This document shows, in pieces, positions 39,537 to 52,337 of a DNA stretch of 64,000 nucleotides (its first letter is position 1; the number at the start of each line of letters is the position of its first letter). Source of the stretch: Epiperipatus broadwayi. Taxonomy: Eukaryota; Animalia; Onychophora. The position numbers were made by a program, and so were the translations under genes. The DNA lies in assembly GCA_028023455.1 (NCBI GenBank), contig JAQFVV010000002.1, forward strand, positions 11,408,001 through 11,472,000, given 5' to 3'. Below the pieces are notes generated by a model that saw only the letters and a program-made list of their open reading frames with translations, was not told the origin of the DNA and ran no database searches.

Positions 39537-42500
39537 TGTAATACTGTCTGGTCTGCATAATAATTCCATGTCTATTTTATTGGAGGAGATTAGCCAAGTA
39601 TTGCAAATACTGATTGTATAATGATCATCATCATCACATACTAAAAAATATTTTGAATACTATTAAAATATATAAATAAAGAATATGTGTCATATATCAA
39701 TGTCTTGTTTATTTCATTGTTAGCTATGTCATCTTTCACATGGAAGTAAGCAGATTTTCTGTTGTTATTGAAACAATATATTTATTTCCTTTGATATACT
39801 TGTTTCACCTATTTTAACCCTCACAGATAGATCTATTCCAGATTTAAACCCCCCTAGAGTACTTAAATAAAAATGTGCTCAAACCATTATTTATGTGTGA
39901 CTGTACATATATATAAGTGAATGCTAGAATGTGTAATCAAATTGATATATATATAAGTATAGAGGTTTGTGAAGAGTGCCTGGTTTTCAAATATATATAT
40001 ATTACAGTTATATATTTATTTTAAAAGTTGTGGAGTTTAAAAAGTGATTTAGTTTAAATTATCAGTCAATTTTATATTTCATTTTACTTAGATTGCCTAT
40101 ATATAGATATATTCCAGGTACCATCATCATACGTATATAAAGTGAATATTAGTTAAGTACTGATTATGATTTTTGCTTTTTAACTAAAATTTATGATAAA
40201 CAAAAATCATACCACACACACATGGGTGGAAACAGTGTGGAATATAATCTTAAAATTGTAAAGTTAGCAATAAAACATTTTCCTAAAATACATTTTGGGT
40301 TGAACAAGAATTATTGAAGTGAAACTATTGTGCAGTTCATAGGGATTCAAAATGGCCAAGCATAGCCGAACTATCTTGTTTTAAAATAAAACAATAGAGA
40401 TTTAAGTAAACTTAATAATGTAAAGTATAAAACGTCCTAGAGGTACTAATGCGTTATTGGGCAAAAACAAACTTGTTTACAGAGTTATCATCAAAGCCTA
40501 GAATCATATAAATAGGCTAAGTTCTGTATATAAAATATCTATATATGTAATTTTTGATAGAGTTGCAGTTAGAATCCATGCTCATCATATATTTGAAATG
40601 GCAGAGTAGTAGCGCAAACATTTAGCTGTCTCTCTATGGTAGGATGGTGACCTCCTACCCCATCTTACATGCCAGGAGATGGTGTGTGATCACCATCAAG
40701 GTGTAAACACTCCAACCAACTGCCAGCTGTAAGAGTATCACAAATTGAATGATAACTCCCATCCAGAAACCGAATGTGTCACTTCACTCACTGCCTGATG
40801 TTCCAGGAAATCAGTTGCTAGGAGTAGGTAACCAACTGATTGCTGCTCTTAAACTCCATAAAGCTAACTTTCTAATTTAAAATTAAATGTTGAACTGAAT
40901 CTTTTTAAAACTAAAATATGATAATGTAATCTTTTATTTAAATACTCCGTTCTGATAAATGTAATAATGTATTTAAACCTATATTGATTGCGGTTATGCC
41001 TATACTAATTTTTGTTCTATTTTTTTTTTTAAATTTATGTGTTATATGCCAAATATTTCGAAACAGTGAGTAACTTTGATTTTAGTAAATTCCTAGTAAA
41101 GAAATGATAATTAATATCTTTGAACTAAATTATATTTTAAAATGTTTAATGCACCAGTAAGCTGTTTCAAAATATTATTATGTAGAAATGATAGCTGCTT
41201 GCTATACACTAATTGCTATCATTTCAGTCTATTTTATAATAACTTGTGTCTGTAGTCATTTGCAAAGTCATAGTTAGTGAATAAGACTTCAATATATTCT
41301 CTTTAAAATAATATGATAGTCTTAAGATGATAAGAATGTATGTTTATTATAGTATCATTAATATGTCCATTGAGTATGGTTTCTTCTCCCCCTGGTTAAA
41401 CCAATTAATTATGCAGATTTGGGGTATTGAACCAGATTGATGATTTAATTGTAAGCCCATTAATATAGTGTTATTATTCATTTATTTAGAAAAATTGAGT
41501 TTTATTAACTGGACACATTGGGGCTATTTTGTTTATAGGTGATATTGGTATTTTACTATATGCATTGCAGGTGTGTTATTACTAAGTAATAATAGTACAT
41601 TATGTCTTGCTATGCTTCCTGATGGATTTGCAGTGGTGGCTGCTTCTATCCACATTCACATGTGTAAGGCTATAACATTTCTAGAATTGGAGTATGAGGA
41701 TCCAGACCCCATTTTCAAGTCTACCTGATCTCCTGAACTTTATACATTCATTTTATATTAGTAGCAAGCTGTACAATTCCTAGGGCACCGAGTATTCAAT
41801 ACTGAAACCTGAACTGCAATCTTAATATTTAATTTTAGTCTGTGCCATACCATACACTAGATGATCTAAGATGACCAGTTCTCTTTCCTCCCATGATAAT
41901 TAGTTATTCAGCATTTGTTTGAAATCTAATCTTAATTACTAACCTAGATCTACATGGACTTAGAGCTGAATTGTATGCCCATATTTTAATGTATATGGAT
42001 AATGCCCATATTTTAATGTATATGGATAACAGCCCTTAACAATGTGTTTCATGTAATCATCAGCTGTCATGTTTACTGTAATGGGTAAATTATAATATAA
42101 TAATATTTGGTATATAAAATGGGTATAGGCATAAATCTGTTACCTCACATGCATACAAATTAGTATATGATTTGATGAGAGTCATTGTAAACCTGAAATA
42201 GTCTCATCTGCTATGCAGTGCCTGTGTGTGGTTGATTCTATACATTTATATTTCTAATTGGTTTTGTTTGTGTGTTGTTTTCTCTCTTTTATGATTTTAT
42301 TAATTATTAACCCTGTTTGAATTAACTCATTTTATATTATTTAACTTGCAATACTATTATATCCCTGTTCCAATTCAATTCCCCTCAATTGATCAATATA
42401 TATTTGATATGTCTTATTGATCTAAATTGTTGTTTTAGTTTATGTAATTTAACCTATTATCCATTGGTTGGCCTGTTTAGGCATTGGTCAGTGGGTCTCA

Positions 42501-42813
42501 TGTTTCTTCATGAGCTATGCTGCCTAGCAGGTTAAATTAAGACCTGTGTGCACCACAGAAATGTCATTCATTAGGTGTCATGGAATATTGGTGGATGAGT
42601 TAGTGTTTGGTTAGATCTGGAATCTCACCATCTCACTCCCATCAGCTTTGGTGTATTTTACCCGGATTCTGGATTTTGTTATATGAGGGTACAAATCTGA
42701 CTGTTGGCAAGGGTTGGTGGTCGAGAGGTCAGCACAGCCGCCTTACAAGCAGTTGTCCTGGGTTCACTCCCTGGCCGATGCTCTGACACATGAAAAAAAA
42801 TCTGACTGCTACA
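39537..42813 (+). mobile_element. ~3.1-kb TG...CA repeat (large solo-LTR-like), copy 1
   Basis: Colinear with 55506-60169 (roughly 80% by eye) from about 39770 to the end. Ends ...ctgactgcTACA once the SINE is removed. The left boundary is approximate. Confidence 0.7.
42704..42797 (+). mobile_element. Short tRNA-derived SINE, copy 1
   Basis: A-box-like TGGTCGAGAGG, B-box-like GGTTCACTCCC, A-tail, and an 11-bp TSD AAATCTGACTG (42693-42703, 42798-42808). Confidence 0.85.
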
Positions 42814-43989
42814 TAGAATCCCCCCCCCCGATTTTGACACTGCAACATGCAGGCTCAATATTTATTCACATGACCCTGGGCAGAGATTGTTAGTCAAATT
42901 GCATTGGCATGCAATAATTTTATATATATGTAATTTTTTTTCTCCAATTCTGGTACACCAATGTTGTGTGAGCTTGATTGCTTTTCACATGACCCTGAGT
43001 GGAGTATTTATTTTTATGTAATGTGGGGGGGGGAGTGCTTAATATTTTATGTATGTAAAAATTTTTTTTCCTGATCCCAAGACCAAAACATATGGATTAC
43101 GTATTATACACACACTCATCTCTGGAAAACAAGAATTTTGTTTATTGTACTTTTAAATTGTATTTATTATATGTGTAAAAAATGTTCTTCCTGATTATAC
43201 ATGTAAAAAAATTTTTTTTAATGACTATGTAAATAGGATTCCAAAACTGTATTGTAATTTTTTTAAACCCTTCTGTTTAGTGTGTAACTAAAGAAAAAAA
43301 TATATATATATGGGCACATACCATCATTTGCGCTAGATCCTATGGTAAATTATACTTTTGTCTCTCCTGGTAAGGCATATCAATTTCATGTTTAGTATTG
43401 TATCCAATAATTGTATTTTTGTTTTGCTGACTAGTGACTGGAACCCAGGGGTGACTTGAACAGATTATGAGTCATCCTCATATAAATTTGTCACCAGAAG
43501 CATTAAATTTTTTTTTAAAGGAAAACCTATTATTTTAAAACTCTAAAGTTTTATTTGGGATTGGATTGGATGTGAATAATGAAGCAAATAGTGCAAGATA
43601 ATTAAATATATGTGTATTCTAACAAAATTAAATCCGGCACAGATAATAAAATGCAGTCATAAATTCCTAGTTTTTTTAGGGAAATTGAAACAATGTAAAA
43701 CTGAAGGAGCTGACTAGTCAGAGGGATAACCTAGTCCTTTTAATATGTTTTCATTTGTATTATTTAGTATAATGTTAATATAATTTTTTGTGTGTGAGAG
43801 TATTTGATATAGTAGACATGTGGCACTAGATAGGGGAGGCAAAATTAGGGATAGAATAGCTACAATAAAATGTGCCAGCAGGCTTGTAAAAAGTGAATCA
43901 TTTACCATAAGGGGGGTAGCAAAAAGTCATATTGACAGTCATTATATAGAAAACTTTCATTTTCACAAGATAGGGTTGCTTAAATCAAT

Positions 43990-46800
43990 AATCAGATAAT
44001 ATGAATAGAGGAAGAGATGGAAAGAGAAATAAGCATGGGAGAAAAAGTAGAGGGAGAAGTAAGCATGAATTTAATTGATGAAGAATCTGTGGAAAGCCCT
44101 ACAATATTAGAGGAACTATTTAAAATGCTTCCAGGGGAAGGGTTAGTAGGAGACATAGGGAATAAGAAAACTACACAGATCCAAGATTAAAATTGTGGAG
44201 ATAGTAGTATGGAAGAGGAAGAGATAGAAAGAGAAGTAAGCATGAGTCAGTATCCAGAGGAAAAGTACACAGAAATCCTGGTATATTTTAAGAACATGTT
44301 CATAGTAGTTTCAAAAGAGAAACTAGTAAGGAATATCCAGACTTCGAGAGCATAATCTTCCAAAAGATGGATGAAATGAATAAACAATATGTTTAAAACC
44401 CAGTAAATTATGAAAGGGCTCAGTTATGAGATAAGCCTGAAATTAGAAGAGAATGAGACAAGAATCCAGGAAATAATTAAGAAAATGAATGCACAGGTGA
44501 AGGAAATAGTAGCAGAAATTGAGGGGAGATTAATAGCAGATAGTCAACAAAGAACTTTAGAGATGGAAAAAAGAAGAGATTGTCAGTAAAACTGTGAGGA
44601 GTTTAGTATTAACTTCACAGGTCTTCTAAATGAACAATTGGAAGAAACAACTAAAGCCATAAAGTGGTTGAGGGCAGAGTTGGAAACTACATGCAATAAA
44701 ATAGAATGGAAAGAGTCCTTCATAAAGGCAATTATCAAGTTTAGGGAAAGATGGATGTCAAATTGGAAAAGCAAGAGGATGCCTTCAAGGAATTACAAGA
44801 GTTGCAGGGAGAGAGTCAGAGATGAGTTGTATGAAATGAAGGAAAACTTGGCACAAGGCAATTAGGTAGCTATGCAGGAAAGGGCTGAGGTAATGTGTTA
44901 TATAAATTTGTTGAAGGAAAAGATGGAAGTGAAAGAGGGGAGAGATGTTCAGGATAATATTTTAGATACCATAGGGCTGATAAGAAAGTAAAAAAATCTA
45001 CCACTGCAAATCCTAGGTCAGCCCCATAAGGGGCCAAGATAAGGTTGATCTCAGAGGGGAAGTTAGAAATCTCTCCAGAATTGATGGAATAGACAGCCAC
45101 ATGCAAAGTATCCAGGCCACAGATGATAAAATCTTCATACCAGAAAATTATACCCAAATGTGGAGGAAAATATTGATGTTTCAGACATAAGAGAAAGATC
45201 AGAGCCTGACACAAATCTTCAGTCACACCTATTAAAATTTATACAGGTTAAATCCTTTAAAGGGGAGATTGGGAAGAACCCTAAAACATATAGACAGATG
45301 AGAGAGTTGGTTTCAATTTCAGAGAATGATTTTTCAGATCAGGTTGCTCTTGCAATCCACTATCTACAGGGCTATGCTCAGTCATGTTGGAGAGTTGCAA
45401 CAAAAACCTCTTATGTTTGAGCAGTACATCTTGCTCTTTTAAAGACATTTGGAACAAAGAGTGACAGTGGGATTTACCACACCATTCTCCAGGAGTTGTA
45501 TAGATCAACAGTTAAACAAACACACAGACACAATTCTTTTTGAGATAGATCACCAGATTCTGGTCATTGACTATGTTCCCATTTACATATATGCAGAGTA
45601 TAAGGGCAATCCAGCAAATTATGAGCCATAGGAGTTTTTTAACTGCAATTGACTTTACCACTCTTTCAAATGAGCCTCCAGAAAAAGTGCACAGGGTTGA
45701 ACACCCAAAATGTCAAGCCCTTACCACCCATAATGGTGCATGAAGTTTTTACAGGCTAAGACAAGAAAGCCAAACTCGAGTCAAGAGGCCATATCAGGGG
45801 AAATCATCATTTAAATGCAGGGGGACTCATTATTTAGTTCCTTCTGCTGGAGGCCCTTTAATCCCGAAGGGAACAAAACATATGTAAAGGACTCTATGTC
45901 TGCAATAATGGAAGTGGACAAAATTTAGATCAGATGTTCAAATCAGACCATGCTTCATGGTCTGGATCAATATTTTCACATCCAAAGAATGACTGATGTG
46001 ATTAGAAGCACAGGTACCTATGGTGTTAAAATTGCCAGTAAATTCAGTCCAAATGACCTGGTGAATGGCAGGAAAGCAAGGACTGAGAAGTACCCCCCTT
46101 TTTGGTCTTGTTCAGGTTAATACAACACCTAGTAATTGGGAATGAATTCCTGAGTCAAAATAGATGCCTAATTGATTACAGTAAAGGTAGGGTCTGACTT
46201 TATCAGGAACAGATCAAGTTTATAGGAGCCATCTCTCAAGATGATCACCACCAATGCCATTTGCTTACAAAAAAGAAAAAAGCTATACATCCTTCCCAGG
46301 TCACTGTATGTAGTAAGAATAGAAGTAGGAATAAGGGTAAGTACTTATGTGCTTTTTGTGCAGGAAGCCGAGTAAGAAATCCAATCACATGGCCAACAAT
46401 GGACTAAGAATAGGATTTAAAAGAGGTTTTGCATTCTATAGTGACCCGTATCTTAGTGAACTAAATTCTGAGGCTGACAGGTACAGGTTAAACAATGAAA
46501 TTCCCTTCATTGTGAGTGAGTGTGCCTGTAGTCTTGAAGCACTCAAGGATCGGCCTCTGTTCTTGCCTGGCTTAGACTATGAAGAATATGGTTGGATGTA
46601 AGAAGAGGAGAATGGACTTTTAGCATTTTTAATTCCAGTAGTCTGAAGCCATTTATCAATTAGCCACCAGATCCCACATAGACAGCATGGCCTAAAGAAA
46701 CTAGATAGATCTAACCTCAGATCCAACATAAACCAAGTGACCAATGAATCATCCATGGACCTATACTTTAATCCCATATTTTAGCCAGTTATAACCCACC
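43990..46800 (+). pseudogene. Decayed Ty3/gypsy gag-protease-partial pol
   Basis: Long coiled-coil region (about 44000-44870), then IQVKSFKGEIGKNPKTY and HYLQGYAQSCW, homologous to the 32279 element. Protease C-terminus FLVLFRLIQHLVIGNEFLSQNRCLIDY at 46099-46196 and a post-protease LYILPRSLYVV segment. No RT or integrase seen. Confidence 0.75.
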
Positions 46801-47822
46801 ACAGGGGTACTAACCATTGTTTTATCTTAATTAGTCACATTGTATTGTGTGTGATTATATATTGTACATAAGTGAATCTTCATGTGGTTCCCAATAGCTG
46901 CCAGAATTTATATTAGTTTAACCATTTTATACAATTATCTGTTTTTAAAAAAATAATGATAAAAAAAAGAAATTAGTTAATTAATGAATAGGATGTAATA
47001 ATAATTGGTAATGTGATATCTAGTAAATTTTATATAAATATGTGTGCAAAATAAGTCAATTATATTTGTGATTAGTTGTGTTTAAGATGTAAGATAGCAT
47101 TTTTCTCAAAATAAATATTTAAGTTAGTATTTAAAATAATAGATAATGTTAAATATATCATAAAACAACTTCTGTTGTATTTATTTCTAGTTTATAGCTA
47201 ATAATTGAGCTAATATTATAAATAAAATAAATGATGTAAAATTGATAAAAATTAATCTTCAGTTTTCTTAAAGCAGTCAAATAATAATTTAATCTTTAAT
47301 TTAAATTAGCCTTAATTTGTTAAAAGTTATTTTAAAAATAATATTCTTCCATATTTTTTATTTGTAGTCATTAAAAAGTTATAATTAACTAGTAGAGGTC
47401 AGGTTAAAGGTCATCCCTGTGTGTGTGTGCATGCATGGAGATATAAGAAGAAAGTGAATAGATAATTTAACTACAATATTAATTTAAAAGGAAAACAGAT
47501 GAATGAATAAAATCATTATAATTAAATATTTAAAAAGTTTTGATAAATGAAAACTAGTTTGATTTTTATATTAGTTTTTCTATTTTTATTTTATATAATA
47601 CATTTTTTTAAGGCTACATAAAAACTAATATTAACTGTTAATTTAAGTTTAATCATGTGACATTTGAATAATTAGCTCAAACTGATGTCATTTATCAAAT
47701 CAATTAATTTTCCAGCTGATTTTAAAAGGGGTTACAGTTAAAATGAAATAAATTATATTTATTGGTTAATTAAAATAAATTGACATTAAAAAAATTTAGG
47801 GAGGAGATAGAATTAGGATATA

Positions 47823-49122
47823 CACCTTTACCCCACTTAGTGATGGCAATTGGTCCTCCAAAACTCATCATTAAGCAAAAATATCATAGACAAAATACGT
47901 AATTATAATGGGGGTCTATGGGGAAAAAATTGGTCGGTTCCAGTGACGTAAAATATCCACATTGATTTCCAAGCTCAATGATTTTCTTGATTTTTTCATG
48001 ACAATGATGACTAAATATGGTATCTAAAAAGAAAAGTTTTATATCACTAGGAAAAAATGCATATTTTCACTTTAAAAAGTACAGAACTGCAATGAAACTA
48101 AATTTGAATTTAAAAGTTTTTATATTCTTCCGCGGAAGTTTTTCATCGTAATAAAAAAAAAATCTATACTGAAGTGCTTTTTTTTAAAAATTGTATTACA
48201 GTATATATTACTACTATACATTTATTTTATTACTTATGTGAAATTATTCAAATTAAAAAACAATGTTTAATTATTAATTATTTAATTGAACATATAGAAA
48301 AAAAAATCAACTTATTTTCAAAGTAAAAAATCTAACTTCTAATTTTCTAAAACATACAGGTAGGTTTATTTTTCTTACTGTATATTTTTAGTAATGTAAT
48401 AATGCCCCACCCCCTGTTCGAGTAGAAAGATTTTTAATTAAATGTGATCTGTTTTTTTTTAAAACTTTTCTAATTCAACATCATTTTAAAATGTTGTTTT
48501 TCTTCTGATTAACGAAGTTACAAAATCAACAACTATTTTTACATAATTATCCAGGTTCTAAAATTAATATATCGTATTTCAGAAACACACACACACAGTT
48601 TAATATTCATATTTAGTGTTTTCCTGAAAGTTTGTGATGATGGTATTTTTGTATTATATAAATATATATACTGTATATGTTCAGTATTGAGATAAGAAAA
48701 TAATGCTTTTGAAAAGAAAAAGGAGAAGGATTTTTAATTTGTTGATATTATTGTAGAACATATATACATATTTTAAAAGAAAAAGTGAATGAACATTTGC
48801 TGTGTTATTTATTATATATGATGTATTATAGATAAAGTAATTATAGATATTTTAAGGGTTTTATGAATAAAATATTGTATGTGTATAGAATTACAGCAAA
48901 GTCATTACCTGTATACATATTACAATAATATACTTTTGTTTTTGATTATAATATAGCTATCTCTGACGTCATCAGTGATGCAAAATTCAAGATGGCTTCC
49001 CAAATTTTTTTTTTTTTAATTTTTCCCAATTGTTATAGCGAATAATCGATTGCACATCGAAGTAGTGGGTACAAATTGATGATGATTGCTATTGCGAAAT
49101 ATCGCTAAGTGGGGTAAAGGTG
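47823..49122. mobile_element. 1.3-kb TA(TA)-flanked TIR element with CAC...GTG termini
   Basis: TIRs CACCTTTACCCCACTTAG(T/C)GAT at both ends, TATA on both flanks, non-coding. Confidence 0.8.
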
Positions 49123-51199
49123 TATATATAGGACAGATTTACTGTATTAAAGGTGTTGTTGCTGAAGAGCTGAATCCTGACTTTTCTTGAAATCTTTCTT
49201 CTCCTAAAACAAGTTGTAATTATTATTAAAGTTTATTATTATTTTTAAACAAAAGTATGTTAAATTATATATTTAATTATTCCAAGATTATGATGTGCAA
49301 CTGCTAAACAGAAGAGGTAACCCATATTCTTGTCACTGACTTTCAATTAACTCTCTAAAAGCTATTGTAAAAATGTTTAAATGAAATTTTATTCGTGTTA
49401 TCTTCTTTATTAATCGTATAAATTGTATCTTCTGTGAAATAAATTTAAGATATAGACAATTAATATATTTATGGCTAAATGACTTTTACTGCAGTGAACT
49501 TAATAGTTAGAAAATTACTTAGTTATTCCTTAGATAAAAGAAAATTTAAACCAGGAAAGTGCAAAAATATGTATAGTGATTTTATTATATATTTGAAAAG
49601 CTTCAATATCCTTATTTTAAGTTCATTTATAGCTGATTTCAAGTACCTATATTATATTAATGATGCTTGATATTAATTCTAAGATATTCTTCATTATATT
49701 AATTATTTATTTCTGAAATAGTTATAAAAATGTTATAAACTGCAATTATTTAAGGACGAACTTTTATCTATTAAATGTTAAGTATAGTTATAATGAACTG
49801 AGAACTATTTGCTTATATCTATATGTGAAATTTATGATAATTATTTCTAACATATTAACAGATTGAATTCTCTACTTGTAAAATGCTTCCACTCTTATTT
49901 TAAGAAGAGTACAAAAAAATTATTTAGAAGCATCTTAAAATGTTGTATGCAAAAATAATTTTAAAAAAAACTAAAACTGCTTAAAAAAAGCGTTTTCTTT
50001 TAGAAAAAAAAAAGAAATTAAAATGAAGCTGTATTATTGTGTAAGTAAACCTGGAGTCCCATAGTGATATTATCACTGAATCATTTGTTTTACTTATCAT
50101 TTTATTGCCAGCTCCTTACTATTTTATTAGCATTATTATAATGTTTTATTATATTGCTTATTTAAACTAAAAATATCTTTAAAGGAAAAAATTGCATTAA
50201 CTTTAAAGAACTATTAAATATGTTTCGTTTGGAAATCTTTGCCATATTTAAATGAAATGTTTTGACCAGAAGTTTTGCACCATTAGAAAAATAGTATTCA
50301 ATAAATTATATACATGTCTTGAACAGAAAAGCCAATAAGGAGGAAGCTGAAGCTATGAACTAAAGTTATTGTATTTTTATTTTGTTTGTTTTATTGTTTT
50401 TTTTTTTTAAAAAAAAGAAACCAAAAAAATATTTATGCAATATTTACTTTATAAAAATACTGTTGGTATAAGTATTTCAGGTAATTTAAATTATATAATT
50501 TTGGTTTTAATGGGTTTATTAGAATGAGTAGATATTTTACCATTTTTAGATAATACTAGTATTGTTATATTTGTTAAAGGTCTCGCAAGTTAATGTATAT
50601 TTAATAATTTTTATCCCTGGAGATTTTAATATCTCATTCTTAGCTTATTTAAATGTGTGGTATTTCACTCAGTTTTGTATAAATCAGATAAAGAGGTTTT
50701 ATCAGAAGAGAGTTTTCCATTCATTTGTTTTATAAATACTACATTAATAATAACCACAAATATTTTTATATACGCATTGAGAATTAATTTTCTCGCACTT
50801 AATTCGCAGTCTTTTAAATGCTCTCTAGCCACTATATTTTAATATTAGATATTTTATTATGTGTGCATCATACCTTTGCCTAGAATTTTATATGCATTTA
50901 ATTTTTAAGTAATTCTTATATAGTTGGTAGACATAGTTTGCATTGTTGGTTTTGACATTGAGTATACATGTTGTATTTTTAAAATTCTTATTGATGACTT
51001 AGTCCAGTGTTTCCCAACCTGTGGTACGCGTACCACTGGTGGTATGCGAATTGCTGGTTGGTGGTACATGAAAAATAATCAATAATGGTGGACATAAAAA
51101 AAAAATTAAATCATAAAAATACAGAAACGTTTTTTCTTATAATTCATAAAAATTATTTTAATTAATAAAATTATACAGTAAAGTTGTTAATATATACAG

Positions 51200-51813
51200 T
51201 CGATAACGATCTTTAATGTTAATGATAAAATTGAAAGTATGATTAAGAAATTAGATTTTTGGAAACAGTAATATATATAAGTATCGAAAACAATCAGCTA
51301 GAAGTATTCGAAACTTTATATATTTTTTTGTTTGAAAATAAGGTTAGTCTGTCTCAAGATATATGAGAAAATATAATAGCACATTTAACAGGATTAAAAT
51401 TGTCTTTCATGGAATATTTTCCAAAACCCGAAAACACAAATGATAATTGGATTTCAAACCCCTTCTATGCAGAAAATTTAGAAAAAGCTGCATCATTATC
51501 AATAAAGGATAAAGAAAATTTAATAGAATTATCATGTGACAAAACTTTACAAGTAGAATTCAAACGCCACAATCTAATTAATTTTTGGTTAAACATTAAA
51601 GAATATGAACAACTTTATGAGAAAGCTCTTAAATTATTATTACCGTTTACTAGTAAGGAATTAGTAGGAAGAGCTTTTTCTTCATATATTTTTTAAAAAA
51701 ATAAGTATCGAAGCAGATTGAATGCAGCTGTAGACTTAAGGGCATACCTCGCATCTTTTGAACCAAATTTCAAAAAATTATGTTGTTCGAAACAAGCACA
51801 AAGATCTCATTAA
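51200..51813 (+). pseudogene. C-terminal fragment of a Buster-type hAT transposase
   Basis: TIFNVNDKIESMIKKLDFW, WISNPF, LIELSCD, FW...LLLPF...RAFS, then KNKYRSRL...KLCCSKQAQRSH*; stops and frameshifts present. Confidence 0.88.
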
Positions 51814-51934
51814 ATTTATTTTATAAAAATATTTGATTATGATAAGAAAATATACTAATTGTTTTTTTATAACTTTGTGTTTTTATTAAAACCATTTATT
51901 AGTAAACAAAATATGACAAAATAGTAGATAAATA

Positions 51935-52337
51935 ATGAGTTGGATCAAGGCAAATCAATCTAAATTATTTAATTTGAAAGAATGTATCAGAAAAGGATCA
52001 TACCCAGAAATTAGACTCTCATTAATTCTTGATAATCTATTGTGGATTACTAGATGTAAGCTAGTATTTAATCATCAAAATTTTAATCCTATTAACTTCA
52101 TGCTGAACAATATAAAGAAAACAAGAACAAGAGATAGCCTGATAACCCCTGAGGTTATTTTTACCATGACTTGGGGCATGCTGGATTTATCCTCTCCATC
52201 ACCCAACCAATAGCAAGATGCTCCGAAAAAGAGAAAACAGACCCAAATTCGGGAAAACCAAATGAAGGAATGAGAAAACACTTTGAATAAAATATGTACC
52301 AAATAACCTTTAATGTAATCATGTAATCTTTAATAAA
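51935..52337 (+). mobile_element. 5'-truncated L1/Tx1-like LINE 3' end inside the Buster element
   Basis: Translation LILDNLLWITRCKLVFN resembles the L1-clade C-terminal IW..RN...F motif. The segment ends in atgtaatc x2 and AATAAA. Confidence 0.4.

Noticed and set aside
46347-46601. Zinc-knuckle protein (CFLCRKPS...H)
   Set aside because: The spacing does not fit CX2CX4HX4C, and the segment lies after the protease, so it is better read as frameshifted pol remnant.
50021-50046. Possible first exon ATGAAGCTGTATTATTGT|GTAAGT
   Set aside because: Only 6 codons and no supported downstream exon; expected by chance.
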